DNA from: an uncultured Planctomycetota bacterium
GTDB lineage: Bacteria; Planctomycetota; Planctomycetia; Pirellulales; Lacipirellulaceae
Assembly: GCA_963719315.1 (NCBI GenBank)
Contig: CAVRBU010000019.1
Span: forward strand, 1-34,919
Direction of reading: 5' to 3'
Length of the DNA: 34,919 bases
Position numbers and translations under genes: made by a program
Shown: positions 1 to 9,665 of the stretch, piece after piece
How the letters are laid out: each line of letters starts with the position of its first letter
Position numbering within the stretch: the first letter of the stretch is position 1
Notes under the pieces: model-generated
Databases searched by the model: none
What the model saw: only the letters and a program-made list of their open reading frames with translations
Told to the model about the DNA's origin: nothing

Positions 1-1
1 A

Positions 2-1179
2 TACCCTGCGTGGGGATAAATGATCTGTTCCCGAGTAGCTGATTTGTTGTACAAGGCCCTTATGTCGCCATCGAGGAGGATGGCGTGTTGCTGGCAAGGA
101 GGGCTGTCATGGCTTGGTTTCGAGTCCGATTGACGGAAGAGGAACAGCGAATTGTCGCGGCCGAGCGGGAGTCTCATCCGGAGTCGCATGTCCGCCGCAA
201 GATGCTGGTGTTGTGGTCGCTGCAGTGTGGTTTGAAGCGATCCCAGGCGGCGAAATTGGCGGGGGTCGGAGTGGCGACCGTCGGGCGGTACGTTGCGGCC
301 TATCGTGATGGCGGGTTGGAGGGTCTGCGGCGGTGGAATGTGCAAGGGCCCGTGAGCGACTTGGCCGCCTATCGCGACGTGATCCGCGCGTCGTTCGAGA
401 ACCAGCCGGTCCGCACGACCGCGGAAGCCTGCGAACGCATTTACCAACTGACCGGCCTGCGGCGGGGACTGTCGCAAACTCGCAAGTTCCTGAAAGACAT
501 GGGACTCAAGTGGCAGCGGGTCCGGGCGCTCCCCGTGCCGCCCAAAAAAACTTGGCCCAGCATGTCGCCGAGCAGGCCCTGTTTCACGACGTTGAACTGA
601 AGCCCCGCCTCGACGCCGCCGCCCGAGGGCGGGGACACGTCTTCTTCGTCGATGCGGCCCACTTTGTGTACGGGACGTTCCTGTGCTGCTTGTGGTCGTT
701 CACGCGAATCTTCGTGCGGGCCGCCTCGGGCCGCCAGCGGTTCAATGTCCTGGGAGCCTGGAACGCCGTGACCCGCGAACTGGTAAGCGTGACCAACACC
801 ACGGTCGTCAACACGGAAACGATGTGCGAGCTGTTGCGGAAGATCGCTGCCCTCGGTCTGGCCGGACCGATCACGTTGGTGCTGGACAACCCTCGCTACC
901 AACGTAACGCCGCGGTGCAAGCGTTGGCGACGCAACTGGAAATCACGCTGCTGTTCCTGCCCTCCTACTCGCCGAACCTGAACCTCATCGAACGGCTTTG
1001 GAAGTTCATCAAGCGGCCGGCCATCTATGGGCGTTACCATCCCGGATTTCAAGAGTTTCAAGCCGCCATCCAAGAAACAATCGCCGACCTCGCAACCCGC
1101 CACGCCGAACCCCTCAAATCCCTCATGACGCTCAACTTTCAGCGATTCGAAGATGTCTCATTGCTGGCCGCGTAGGGTA
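2..1179 (+). mobile_element. IS630-family insertion sequence, copy 1
   Basis: Imperfect terminal inverted repeats TACCCTGCGTGG...CCGCGTAGGGTA, followed by target TA at 1180-1181; encodes an HTH plus DDE transposase; near-identical to 10441-11619. Confidence 0.95.
109..1175 (+). CDS. IS630 transposase, two overlapping ORFs joined by a probable -1 programmed frameshift at AAAAAAAC (544-551)
   Basis: AGGAGG RBS before ATG 109; orfA is HTH-like and runs into PVPPKK; orfB carries the DDE motifs FVDAAHF, LVLDN and LPSYSPNLNLIERLW. Confidence 0.9.
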
Positions 1180-1397
1180 TAGCAGGGGGTCTCAAAAAGC
1201 TGCGGGCCGCAAGCGGCCTGACTCAGAGCCAGCTTGCTCGGCGATTGGGATCGAGTCAGTCGAGAATTGCCAAGTTAGAAGCCGCCGATCCTGCGGTATC
1301 GATCGATCTGTTAGTGCGCTCGCTATTGGCCCTGGGCGCGACTCGTCAGCAGGTAGGAAAAATCGTCGGGCGAAAGGCGGCGAGTCCTACAGCGTAG
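1180..1397 (+). pseudogene. 3' half of an XRE/HigA-type HTH antitoxin gene interrupted by IS630
   Basis: Hand translation from 1182: AGGLKKLRAASGLTQSQLARRLGSSQSRIAKLEAADPAVSIDLLVRSLLALGATRQQVGKIVGRKAASPTA*; no start codon; joins in frame with 11620-11736. Confidence 0.9.
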
Positions 1398-1400
1398 ACC

Positions 1401-1486
1401 GTAGGTCCCGCTTGCCGAACTGGACCTCAATTGGGTCAAGTGCTTCAGCAATTACGCCGAGGTCCCTTCCGGCAGAAGGGACCTAC
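1401..1486. repeat. Inverted doublet of GTAG-footed REP-like palindromes
   Basis: GTAGGTCCCGCTTGCCGAACTGGACCT ... AGGTCCCTTCCGGCAGAAGGGACCTAC; related copies at 13487-13512 and 23936-24020. Confidence 0.75.
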
Positions 1487-4400
1487 TAGCGTTGCAGACC
1501 GATGTTGAAGCTGAAGACTTGCGTGCTGTCGGTGTCGGCTTTGGCGACGGGGAAGGCGAAGTCGAGGGCGATCGGGGCGGGGCCCATCGCCGGGACGGTA
1601 ATTCGCAGGCCCACGCCCGGCGCGACGCGGAACGTGTTGCTGTGTATGGAGACGTTTTGCTCGACGGTGCCGAAGTCGCAGAACGCGACGCCGTGGATCA
1701 TGTCGTCGGCGGTCAGCGGGAACAGATACTCGAGCGTGTTGATCCACTCGAACTCACCACCGACCTGCACGTTTTGCTCGACCGGCGACGCGCCGCGGAA
1801 TTCGAAGCCGCGGAGGGTCGAGAAACCGCCGGCAAAGAAGTTTTCGAAGATCGGCGTGTCGGTTCCGGTGAAGCCGAGTCTCGTCGAGGCCGTGATCACA
1901 TGCCGACCCGAGTGATCGGGCCGCTCGCTGATCAAGAAGTATTGGCGGCCATCGAACACAGCCCGCGGATACTGGAACGTGCCGACAACCTCTTCGAGTT
2001 CCAAGCTTAAGAAGTGCCCTTCGGTTGCCAGGAACGAGCTATCGCGGGTATCGTTGGCGATGGTGTATTTGAAGCCGTGCAACGCATTGCTACCAACGAC
2101 CTCGGCCAGCGCGGGCAATGCCGGGTTGGACGGGTTGCTGATATTTACGTCTTCGCCGCGGTAAGCCACGCCCATCGACAGGTCATTTTCGACCCATTGG
2201 TAGCCGAGCGCAACGCGCCCGCCGAGGCGTTGTTCGTCCCAGTCGCGATAGCGTCGCGTAAAGTACGATCCACTCAAACCGAGGCTGACTGGTGTATCCA
2301 TCCAGTAGGGTTCGGTGAAGCTGGCCAGATAGCGTTGCACTTCGGTGCCCGGCGCCGCTTCGAGTCGGAAATGCTGGCCGCCGCCGCGCCAGGCTCTGCC
2401 ACTGAGAAAGTCGTCCCAACTCGTGGGATAGCGGGTCCAGTCGAAGTTGGATTCATCGAGCAAGATCTGTCCGACGAGGCCGGCATCGGAGTTGACGGCC
2501 ACGCCGAGCATGATGCGGCCGGTTTGATTTTCACTCAGCACGACATCCATGTCGGCCGCCGGATCAGTGTATGCGGGCGAGAACGGATCGATCGGCGTGC
2601 CCGGAAGTAACTGCGGATTCGTCGGCAGCGGCACGACGGGCGTGATGTTCGGATCGGGAGCGAGCGGAACGGGACCATATCCGGGCGGACCGAATGCGGG
2701 CTGGGGCCCATATCCCTGCACGGGCGGTCCCGGTTGCATGGGCAAGTATTGCGGCGGAGGCAAGGTCTCGACGGTAGGCGAAGAAGAAGGCGGGATTTGA
2801 GGCTCGGTGATGGTGGCCTGTTGAACGGGATAGGTATTACCGCCGGGGGCCACGGCGTTCGGGCCCGTCGCGCCGACGGTCTGGCCGCCATAAGCATTGG
2901 ATGCGTAATGATTGGCGGACGTATTCGGCGCGGCAGTGGAAGCTGGCGCCGTAGCGGCGGCGGCGGGCGCAGGATACGGATTGGGTTGGTAATACGCCGG
3001 CGTAACTCCGGTGGGCGGCGCGTTGTTTTGCGTTGTTGCTGGTTGATAAGGGCTTTGCGTGCGGACGACCACGCGCTGGTAGGGGTTCGATGCGGCAGCC
3101 GCGGGCTGGCTTGGCGGATTTGCGTTCGCGGGGTAACTGGCCGTTCGATTCACGGCACCGGCCGGAGTCGCGCCGGTCGGCGGGGCGCTGGCCGGATAGG
3201 TCGGACGTGCTCCCCAAGTTGAGGCAGGCACATTTTGTTGCGGCGCCTCGGTATAATCATCATACGGCGGACGGCGAGCTTCGTAGCGTTGTGGCGCGGG
3301 TGAAGTGGGGGCAGCCGGTATTGCAGCCGGCGGTTGCGAGGGGTGCGCGTACACGGAGCCGCTGACCGGCGCTTGATTCGCAGCAGGCGCCACGGTCGGT
3401 GCTTGCGTCGCGTCGGCCGGTGCGGCGTCGATGAACAGATGCACGTCGAGTTGTTCCTCGCCCGGAGGGGCGGCGTCCGACGACTCGATCTTGTAAGTTT
3501 GCGTGGGTTGGGGCGCGGCCGGCTGGGAGTAAGTCGACATCGCGTCCGGCGGCGCGATCAGCGGCGGGCCATTGGCGGACGGGTCGTTTACTGCCGGCAA
3601 GTCCGGGGCAGGAAGCAACGAGATGCCGGCGGGGCCGCGGCCAGTATCCTGCCGCGATTCGTCCGGGCTTTGGCCGCGGAAGCCGCGACCGCTCTTGCCA
3701 TTGGCCATTTCCGTGTCGCCGACTTCCGGTATGTGGTACGTAATCTTGGGCATCACCCCGTGGACCGGGTCGGTCAGGAACAGGCCGCTGGCTTGCAGCC
3801 GCCGCTCGCTCGCGCGGATTTCGCGAATGTCGGCGATCTCGCCCGAGCGAAGCGAGAGGCGATTGAGCGCGGTTTGAATTTTCGTGTGCGGATTCTCGCC
3901 GTTGATGTGGACAAAGATGTTACCCACACGCCAGCGTTTGCCTTCCTTGATGTGATACATCAAGCGGAGCTTGCCCGGTTCCTCCAGAAAGACCGGTTCG
4001 GCATCGACGTCCGCGAAGATGTACCCTTGGCTGCCATAAAGCTCCTTGAGCCAGGCGACGTCGGCATTCATGCGGTCTTGTTCGAACGGTTGCGGTCCGG
4101 GCGGCAGCGGCCGGAATTGGTGGTACAATTTCGCGAGTCCGGTGCCGCTGGTGGGATCGGGTTTGAGCTCGACGCCCGTCGTGAGCGAATCGCTGGAAAA
4201 GAGCTTGTTGCCGATGAACGCGACGCTTTCGACCTGGTAGCGCGGCCCTTCGCTAATGATGAATTTCAGCGTCAGCCACTTGTTCTTTTCGTCGTACTCC
4301 TTCACGTTGCCGATCTTGGCCTGAAAAAAGCCAAACGAACGGTAAAACGCGATGAGCTTGTTCTGATCGGCTTCGATTTGTTCGCGATCCACGTAGCCCT

Positions 4401-5151
4401 TGAAGATCATCGCAATCGGCGGCTTGGAATCGATCTTGGTTTTCAAGCGACGTTCGCTCACGAACTCGTTGCCGACGAATTCGACCTTCCAGATTTTCTG
4501 CGCGGTGCCTTCGTTGATGACGAACACAATGCCGTGGTCGGTCGGCTTGTCGCCTTCGAGGATGCTGACCTGCGCGTTGTTGTAGCCGTTGCGGTGGTAG
4601 AGGTCGATGAGTTTGCGTTTGGCTTCCTGCACGGCATAGGGATCGACGGGGCCGCCGAGTTTGAGATCGACTTCTTTTGCAAGCTTTTTGGTGCGGAGAC
4701 CTTCGTTCCCCAAATACTCGACGTAGCGGACGACGGGTCGCTCGACGACCTTGAAGATCACGATGCGGCCGTTCTGCGCCTGCTCGTAGGAGGGCTGCAC
4801 ATCGACGAACCAGCCGCGGGCGGCCAGCTTGCGGACATCTCGCTGCACGAGTGCCGGATCGAACGGCCGACCGACGCGCGTTTGCAGCTCGTTCAGAATC
4901 TTGGCCGTTGGAATGGTGATGTTGCCGACGATGCGGATATCGGCGACCGGCTCGTCGGTGGCGGAGAGCGAGGGTCCGGAGACCTCGCGGGTGTCTTTCT
5001 TCTTACCGAACATCGACTGGGGCGACGTGGGGAAATCTCCCATCCCGCCTCCGCCTGGCTGGGCCACGGCGCGCGAGGGCGCAATGGCCAGCGAAATGAG
5101 AAGCGCCGCCGGAATGAGCCGGGCACAAGTGTACTTAGCGCGCTGAGTCAA
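1486..5151 (-). CDS. bamA: Outer membrane protein assembly factor BamA (Omp85) with a long Pro/Ala/Gln-rich insertion
   Basis: Signal peptide, five POTRA-like repeats (IRIVGN, VEYLGN, VEFVGN, VAFIGN, IFVHING), C-terminal barrel with GGFSTLRGF and GPAPIALDFAFP. Confidence 0.92.
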   Translation of the reverse strand: MTQRAKYTCARLIPAALLISLAIAPSRAVAQPGGGGMGDFPTSPQSMFGKKKDTREVSGPSLSATDEPVADIRIVGNITIPTAKILNELQTRVGRPFDPALVQRDVRKLAARGWFVDVQPSYEQAQNGRIVIFKVVERPVVRYVEYLGNEGLRTKKLAKEVDLKLGGPVDPYAVQEAKRKLIDLYHRNGYNNAQVSILEGDKPTDHGIVFVINEGTAQKIWKVEFVGNEFVSERRLKTKIDSKPPIAMIFKGYVDREQIEADQNKLIAFYRSFGFFQAKIGNVKEYDEKNKWLTLKFIISEGPRYQVESVAFIGNKLFSSDSLTTGVELKPDPTSGTGLAKLYHQFRPLPPGPQPFEQDRMNADVAWLKELYGSQGYIFADVDAEPVFLEEPGKLRLMYHIKEGKRWRVGNIFVHINGENPHTKIQTALNRLSLRSGEIADIREIRASERRLQASGLFLTDPVHGVMPKITYHIPEVGDTEMANGKSGRGFRGQSPDESRQDTGRGPAGISLLPAPDLPAVNDPSANGPPLIAPPDAMSTYSQPAAPQPTQTYKIESSDAAPPGEEQLDVHLFIDAAPADATQAPTVAPAANQAPVSGSVYAHPSQPPAAIPAAPTSPAPQRYEARRPPYDDYTEAPQQNVPASTWGARPTYPASAPPTGATPAGAVNRTASYPANANPPSQPAAAASNPYQRVVVRTQSPYQPATTQNNAPPTGVTPAYYQPNPYPAPAAAATAPASTAAPNTSANHYASNAYGGQTVGATGPNAVAPGGNTYPVQQATITEPQIPPSSSPTVETLPPPQYLPMQPGPPVQGYGPQPAFGPPGYGPVPLAPDPNITPVVPLPTNPQLLPGTPIDPFSPAYTDPAADMDVVLSENQTGRIMLGVAVNSDAGLVGQILLDESNFDWTRYPTSWDDFLSGRAWRGGGQHFRLEAAPGTEVQRYLASFTEPYWMDTPVSLGLSGSYFTRRYRDWDEQRLGGRVALGYQWVENDLSMGVAYRGEDVNISNPSNPALPALAEVVGSNALHGFKYTIANDTRDSSFLATEGHFLSLELEEVVGTFQYPRAVFDGRQYFLISERPDHSGRHVITASTRLGFTGTDTPIFENFFAGGFSTLRGFEFRGASPVEQNVQVGGEFEWINTLEYLFPLTADDMIHGVAFCDFGTVEQNVSIHSNTFRVAPGVGLRITVPAMGPAPIALDFAFPVAKADTDSTQVFSFNIGLQR

Positions 5152-5460
5152 AGTGCGAATTCCGAAATGTTGAGGCCGTTCGTCGCGGGCAGACGGTTCG
5201 CCTATCGCTGAGACAGCGGTTCGAAAAGGTATTGCTTAACGGGCAGCGGATTGAACACGCCGGCAACGGAAGCCTACGAGCAAACGCGATGCGCAAAAGC
5301 CGCGTAGAATTAGCGAAATGCGGGCAGAACCACAAGGCAGATTGTCGGGCGTGGCCAACAGGCCAACACGGGCTGATGCCAGCGATTGCAGCAGCTTTAT
5401 CGTTTTACAGCGAATGCAAGGCGGCACACGCCACGGATGCTGTTCGTCGAAGTAGAATTG

Positions 5461-5574
5461 TCCACAGATGTCGCAGATTTGCGCAGATTAGGTGAGATAC
5501 CTATGCGGAAGATAACGCGCTTCGAATCAAACGTCCTAATCTGATTATTTGCGATCATCTGCGACATCTGCGGA
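5461..5574. repeat. Palindrome built of ~9-bp CAGAT-containing units
   Basis: TCCACAGATGTCGCAGAT (5461-5478) pairs with ATCTGCGACATCTGCGGA (5557-5574). Confidence 0.7.
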
Positions 5575-5661
5575 CCAAACCCAGATCAGCCGGCGTTGCT
5601 AGCGTGCCGCCAGGGCCAGCCGTACTCGCCGCGAGATTTTGGTCGAATTGCCGGAAGCAAG

Positions 5662-7095
5662 TTAGTTGCCATCGGGTCCGAAGTCGGAGAATTCATCGTA
5701 CTCGGGCTGCTGGAAGTTCTCGAAGCGGGTGACGTTTCCGCGCCACGTAAGTTTCAAGTCTCCGGTAGGGCCGTTGCGCTGCTTTCTGATGAGCAGCTCG
5801 GCTTGCCCGGCGACCAATCGCCGTTGCTCGTCGTCCTGCGCGTACATTTCCTCGCGGTGAATGAACATCACGACATCCGCATCCTGTTCGATGGCGCCAG
5901 ACTCGCGGAGGTGGCTCAATTGCGGCTTGTGACCGCCGGTGGATTCCGCTTGCCGGTTCAATTGTGCCAAACAGAGGACGGGGATGCTCAATTCGCGAGC
6001 CAATCCCTTGAGCCGCCGGGCAATCCGCGCCACTTGCTCCTGCCGCGGATCTCGCAGATTATCGGGCTCGACGAGTTGCAAATAATCGATGACGACGGCC
6101 GCCAGCCCTTCGCGGCGTTTGAGGCGGCGAGCGGTGGCGGCGATCTCCGTCATGTTTCGACTGGGCGAATCATCGATAAATAGCGGGGCTTTGCTCATTG
6201 CGCTGGCGGAGGCAACCAACCGCGCGGATTCTTGGTTGCTCACCATGCCATTTCTGACTTTGTGGCTATCGACTTCGGCGCGCGAGCACAGAATTCGATC
6301 GCAAAGTTCGAGCGCCGACATTTCCAAACTGACGAACAGCACCGGCATTTGCGGACCGTGATCATCCAGCGAGATGTGCTCGACGATATTCAAGGCGAAC
6401 GCCGTTTTTCCCATGCTGGGGCGGGCCGCCAAGATCACCAACTCGGAGTTCTGCAGGCCGCCTGTGAGCTTGTCGTAATCGATGAAGCCCGTTTCGATTC
6501 CCAGACCTTTGTCTTTACCCTGGCGAGAGTCGATCCGCTTGAGCGATTCAAAGAGAACGTCGTGGAGCGTGCGGATCTGGCTTTCCTGACCGGAATCAAG
6601 TATCCGAAAGACTTTCTCTTCGGCCCGAGCCAATAGCTGGCGGGAATCGACGCCCGTTTCGTACGACTCTTGAATGATGTCGGTACTGGCATGGATCAGC
6701 GAGCGGAGGACGGCCTTATCGCGGACGATGCGGGCGTAGTGCTCGGCGTGGGCGGCGGTCGCAACTTCTTGGCTCAACTCCAGCAGGAAGGCGGCACCGC
6801 CGACCGATTCGTATTGGCCGGCGTCTTTAAGCCGTTGACTGAGGAGCGTCGGGTCGATCTGCCGGCCGCCATCGTGCAGGGCCAGCATGTGGCCAAAGAT
6901 ATCGCGATGGGCGGAGTCGTAGAAATCGTCTGGGCGGACAATAAGGGCAACTTCGTCGCACGCCTCTGGCAAGAGGAGCAGGCTGCCAACAACGGCCCGT
7001 TCGGCCTCGATGCTCCGCGGCGGCTGGCGATCGAGCAACTCGCCGATGGCTCTGGGACTGGTTTCCGCGCGCGGCCGCTTTTCTACGGTGGCCAT
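5662..7095 (-). CDS. dnaB: Replicative DNA helicase
   Basis: PPRSIEAERAV N-terminus, Walker A AARPSMGKT, IDYLQL, LRESGAIEQDAD, KQRNGPTG. Confidence 0.98.
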   Translation of the reverse strand: MATVEKRPRAETSPRAIGELLDRQPPRSIEAERAVVGSLLLLPEACDEVALIVRPDDFYDSAHRDIFGHMLALHDGGRQIDPTLLSQRLKDAGQYESVGGAAFLLELSQEVATAAHAEHYARIVRDKAVLRSLIHASTDIIQESYETGVDSRQLLARAEEKVFRILDSGQESQIRTLHDVLFESLKRIDSRQGKDKGLGIETGFIDYDKLTGGLQNSELVILAARPSMGKTAFALNIVEHISLDDHGPQMPVLFVSLEMSALELCDRILCSRAEVDSHKVRNGMVSNQESARLVASASAMSKAPLFIDDSPSRNMTEIAATARRLKRREGLAAVVIDYLQLVEPDNLRDPRQEQVARIARRLKGLARELSIPVLCLAQLNRQAESTGGHKPQLSHLRESGAIEQDADVVMFIHREEMYAQDDEQRRLVAGQAELLIRKQRNGPTGDLKLTWRGNVTRFENFQQPEYDEFSDFGPDGN

Positions 7096-7113
7096 GGTTC
7101 GATCCGTCTGTTA

Positions 7114-7205
7114 GAGAACAGACAAAGAGACAAGCAGAGGGGGAGACAAGGAAAAATCGCTGCGTCAGACTCTCCTAGTCTCCTTGTCTCCCGGTCTCCT
7201 TGACT
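7114..7205. repeat. Intergenic palindrome of ~8-bp GAGACAAG / CTTGTCTC units
   Basis: Tandem GAGACAAG-like units followed by complementary GTCTCC units between rplI and dnaB. Confidence 0.65.
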
Positions 7206-7209
7206 TTGC

Positions 7210-7746
7210 TTACGCCTCGGCGGCGACTGCGGGCACGACCCACACTTTGAGTTCGCCTTCGACCTCGCTCGAGTAGCGAACCTTGACCGTGTACAAGCCG
7301 AGTTCCTTGAGCGGGCCTTCGAGCCGGATTTGGTCGGCCGACAGGTGGATGTCGGTGTTCTTGAGCGCGGCCACGATATCGGGGGCGCCGACGCTGCCGT
7401 ACAGGTGGCCGTCTTCCGTGGCGTTGGCTTCGATCGTGATGCTCTGCTTAGCGAGTTCGGCCGCCTGCTTGCGGAGCTCGGTCTGTCGCGCGACTTCGAT
7501 TTGTTGCAACTTGACCTTGTGCTTCTCGACCATCCGCTTGTGATGGTCGCTCGCCAACGTGGCCAGGCCGTGCGGAATGAGATAGTTGTAGGCGTAACCT
7601 GGCCTGACTTCGACGACCTGGCCCTGCTTGCCGACGTTTTCGACCGAGTGGATTAGCAGCAATTCGATGCCGCCCCGCGGACCTTTGGGCAACGGCTTGT
7701 AGGGAGTCGAAAGCGTGCGGCGGGTTTTGCGTTGCTTGGTTTTCAT
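7210..7746 (-). CDS. rplI: 50S ribosomal protein L9 with basic N-terminal extension
   Basis: VENVGKQGQVVEVRPGYAYNYLIPHG, GHLYGSV, LKELGLYTV; start set at ATG 7746 because the longer ORF runs through a repeat. Confidence 0.95.
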   Translation of the reverse strand: MKTKQRKTRRTLSTPYKPLPKGPRGGIELLLIHSVENVGKQGQVVEVRPGYAYNYLIPHGLATLASDHHKRMVEKHKVKLQQIEVARQTELRKQAAELAKQSITIEANATEDGHLYGSVGAPDIVAALKNTDIHLSADQIRLEGPLKELGLYTVKVRYSSEVEGELKVWVVPAVAAEA

Positions 7747-7754
7747 GGGGGCTG

Positions 7755-7850
7755 GTGGGTAGGTGAGTTCGTGCGTAGGTGAGTAGGTCATTTGGTGAGT
7801 GCGTGAATCGCGAGTCGAATACCTGCTCGCTTACTCACGTACTCACCACC
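7755..7850. repeat. Intergenic palindrome of 8-bp GAGTAGGT / ACNTACTC units
   Basis: GGGTAGGT GAGTTCGT GCGTAGGT GAGTAGGT ... ACCTGCTC GCTTACTC ACGTACTC. Confidence 0.65.
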
Positions 7851-7851
7851 G

Positions 7852-8310
7852 CTAAAAGGGAATATCATCGCTCGGTGGCGGGCCGCCGGCGGGCATGTAT
7901 TGTTCGGAATCGTCGTATTGCTGAGTTTCGTCGCCCGCCCCGCTGCTGCTGCTGCGGCCGCCGCGAGCTTTGCCGCCACCACCCTCGCGGGAGCCGAGCA
8001 TCTGCAACCGCTCCCCGATGACTTTGAGTTTCGAGTGCTTCTGGCCATCCTTCTCCCAGCGATCGAGCTTGAGCCGACCTTCGATCAACACGGACGAACC
8101 TTTGCTGAGGTATTCGTTCGCAATTTCGGCGGTACGGCCCCAGAGCGTGATATCCACGAAAGTGGCTTCATCCACCCATTGGTCGCCGCGCTTGACGCGA
8201 TCGTTCACGGCGAGACCGATATCGGATACGGCCGTTCCGCTGGGGATATAGCGAAGTTCCGGATCGCGGGTCAAGTTGCCGACCAGAATCACGCGGTTAT
8301 AGCTAGCCAT
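7852..8310 (-). CDS. ssb: Single-stranded DNA-binding protein
   Basis: [19 protein letters not shown] fold, acidic DDIPF tail. Confidence 0.98.
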   Translation of the reverse strand: MASYNRVILVGNLTRDPELRYIPSGTAVSDIGLAVNDRVKRGDQWVDEATFVDITLWGRTAEIANEYLSKGSSVLIEGRLKLDRWEKDGQKHSKLKVIGERLQMLGSREGGGGKARGGRSSSSGAGDETQQYDDSEQYMPAGGPPPSDDIPF

Positions 8311-8513
8311 GGTTCGTATCTCCCGAGCGGAGCGAGGCGTTTGCCGAAAGGGCGAATTGGTTAAACCTGGGGGTACTGAACACCCGTTCCGATACTACAA
8401 AATTATCAAATCCAACCGTCCAAGGCAACGAGGCCGAAGATCAGACAAAAACGTCCTATTTTCAAGGGCTCCCGAACGCACTGGCGGTGGAAATCGCGTC
8501 GAAACGCGGGGCA

Positions 8514-8942
8514 TTAAAGTTCCTCGTCAAATGACGGTACGTCGCGGGTATCAATAACGGGGCCAGGGCGACCGGCGGCCACGAGGGCTGGCGCAGGCGG
8601 CGCCGGGCCGGCTTTGGCGTGCTCCAGCACGGCCTCGACGATATGTGGGTGGATCTTCAGTACGAGGTGTCTCAAAATGCCTTCGTGGATTTCCCATTGG
8701 CGATTCAGCGTGGTCAGCATTGAGCTGGGGCCGCGGAAGTAAATCAACCAATAGGCGCCTTTACGTTGGCCGTTGATCGCATACGCCAGGCGGCGTTCCT
8801 CCCACAACCGGCTCACGACCACTTCGCCTTTTTCGGCCTTAATCATCTTTTCGATCTCGCCCGGCAGGCCAGCCCGCTCGCGGGCGTAGCGGTTCGAGTC
8901 GAAAATGATCATCGCTTCGTAAACGTTCGTTCGCTCTGCCAA
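8514..8942 (-). CDS. rpsF: 30S ribosomal protein S6
   Basis: YEAMIIF, WEERRLAYAI, GILRHLV; TTG start after GGAG; lies upstream of ssb. Confidence 0.93.
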   Translation of the reverse strand: MAERTNVYEAMIIFDSNRYARERAGLPGEIEKMIKAEKGEVVVSRLWEERRLAYAINGQRKGAYWLIYFRGPSSMLTTLNRQWEIHEGILRHLVLKIHPHIVEAVLEHAKAGPAPPAPALVAAGRPGPVIDTRDVPSFDEEL

Positions 8943-8962
8943 GTGAATTCTCCTTGTCGCAA

Positions 8963-9033
8963 CTGTTAGCTGTTAGCTATTAGCTTTTAGCCAATCATTC
9001 TGGCAAATAGCTAACAGCTAACGGCTAAGAGCT
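8963..9033. repeat. Intergenic palindrome of 7-bp CTNTTAG / CTAANAG units
   Basis: CTGTTAG CTGTTAG CTATTAG CTTTTAG ... CAAATAG CTAACAG CTAACGG CTAAGAG. Confidence 0.8.
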
Positions 9034-9591
9034 CTAGTTAAACCGATTCATTGCTTCCGCAATGCCCTCTTTGATCCAACATTCGACCGCTTCGGCGGCT
9101 TGGTCGATCGCTTGTTCGACAATCGTGCGATCGGATGGCCCGAATCGCCCTAGTACGTAGTCGGCCGCGTCCCAGGCGTCTGGCACGGGACCGATTCCAA
9201 TTCGCAAGCGGCTGAATTCGTCGGAACCGAGCCGCTTGATCGTGTCGTCCAACCCTTTTTGCCCGCCGGCGGAGCCTTGGCTGCGCAACCGCAGCTTGCC
9301 CAGCGGCAAGTTAAAATCGTCGCAAACTAGTAGCAAATCGGTCAGTGGTGTTTGGTAAAAGGCGATAGCCGCCCCGACGCTCCGCCCGCTGAGATTCATC
9401 AACGTGTGGGGCCACAACAGCATTGCCCGCTCGCTGCCGACTATTATTTCCAGTGCGCGGCCCTCGAACTTCTCTTTGGCCGAGCCGCCGGCATTCCGCA
9501 CGGCCACTAGGTCCAACACGTTGAAGCCCACATTATGCCGCGTGTTTTCGTATTTCCTCCCGATGTTGCCTAAGCCGACGATCAGTTTCAT
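9034..9591 (-). CDS. pth: Peptidyl-tRNA hydrolase
   Basis: KLIVGLGN, TRHNVGF, MNLSG, RLRIGIG. Confidence 0.97.
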   Translation of the reverse strand: MKLIVGLGNIGRKYENTRHNVGFNVLDLVAVRNAGGSAKEKFEGRALEIIVGSERAMLLWPHTLMNLSGRSVGAAIAFYQTPLTDLLLVCDDFNLPLGKLRLRSQGSAGGQKGLDDTIKRLGSDEFSRLRIGIGPVPDAWDAADYVLGRFGPSDRTIVEQAIDQAAEAVECWIKEGIAEAMNRFN

Positions 9592-9595
9592 AGCA

Positions 9596-9665
9596 GCGGG
9601 GGGCCGGGAGCAAGGAGCAGGGGGTAAGAAATAAAACTCCCCGCTCCATGCTCCCCGCTCCGTGC
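9596..9665. repeat. Intergenic palindrome of 7-bp GGAGCAG / CCCGCTC-type units
   Basis: GGCCGGG AGCAAGG AGCAGGG ... CCCGCTC CATGCTC CCCGCTC. Confidence 0.7.

Noticed and set aside
998..1489. 163-aa ORF crossing the IS end
   Set aside because: Chimeric off-frame reading of the transposase and the XRE fragment.
3334..5211. 625-aa plus-strand ORF and similar long antisense ORFs over the sigma factor, rpsA and sulfatase genes
   Set aside because: Stop-poor shadow frames typical of high-GC coding DNA; no recognisable motifs.
7746..7852. Missing rpsR between ssb and rplI
   Set aside because: No S18-like remnant is visible; rpsR is probably elsewhere in the genome, and the window gives no evidence of loss.
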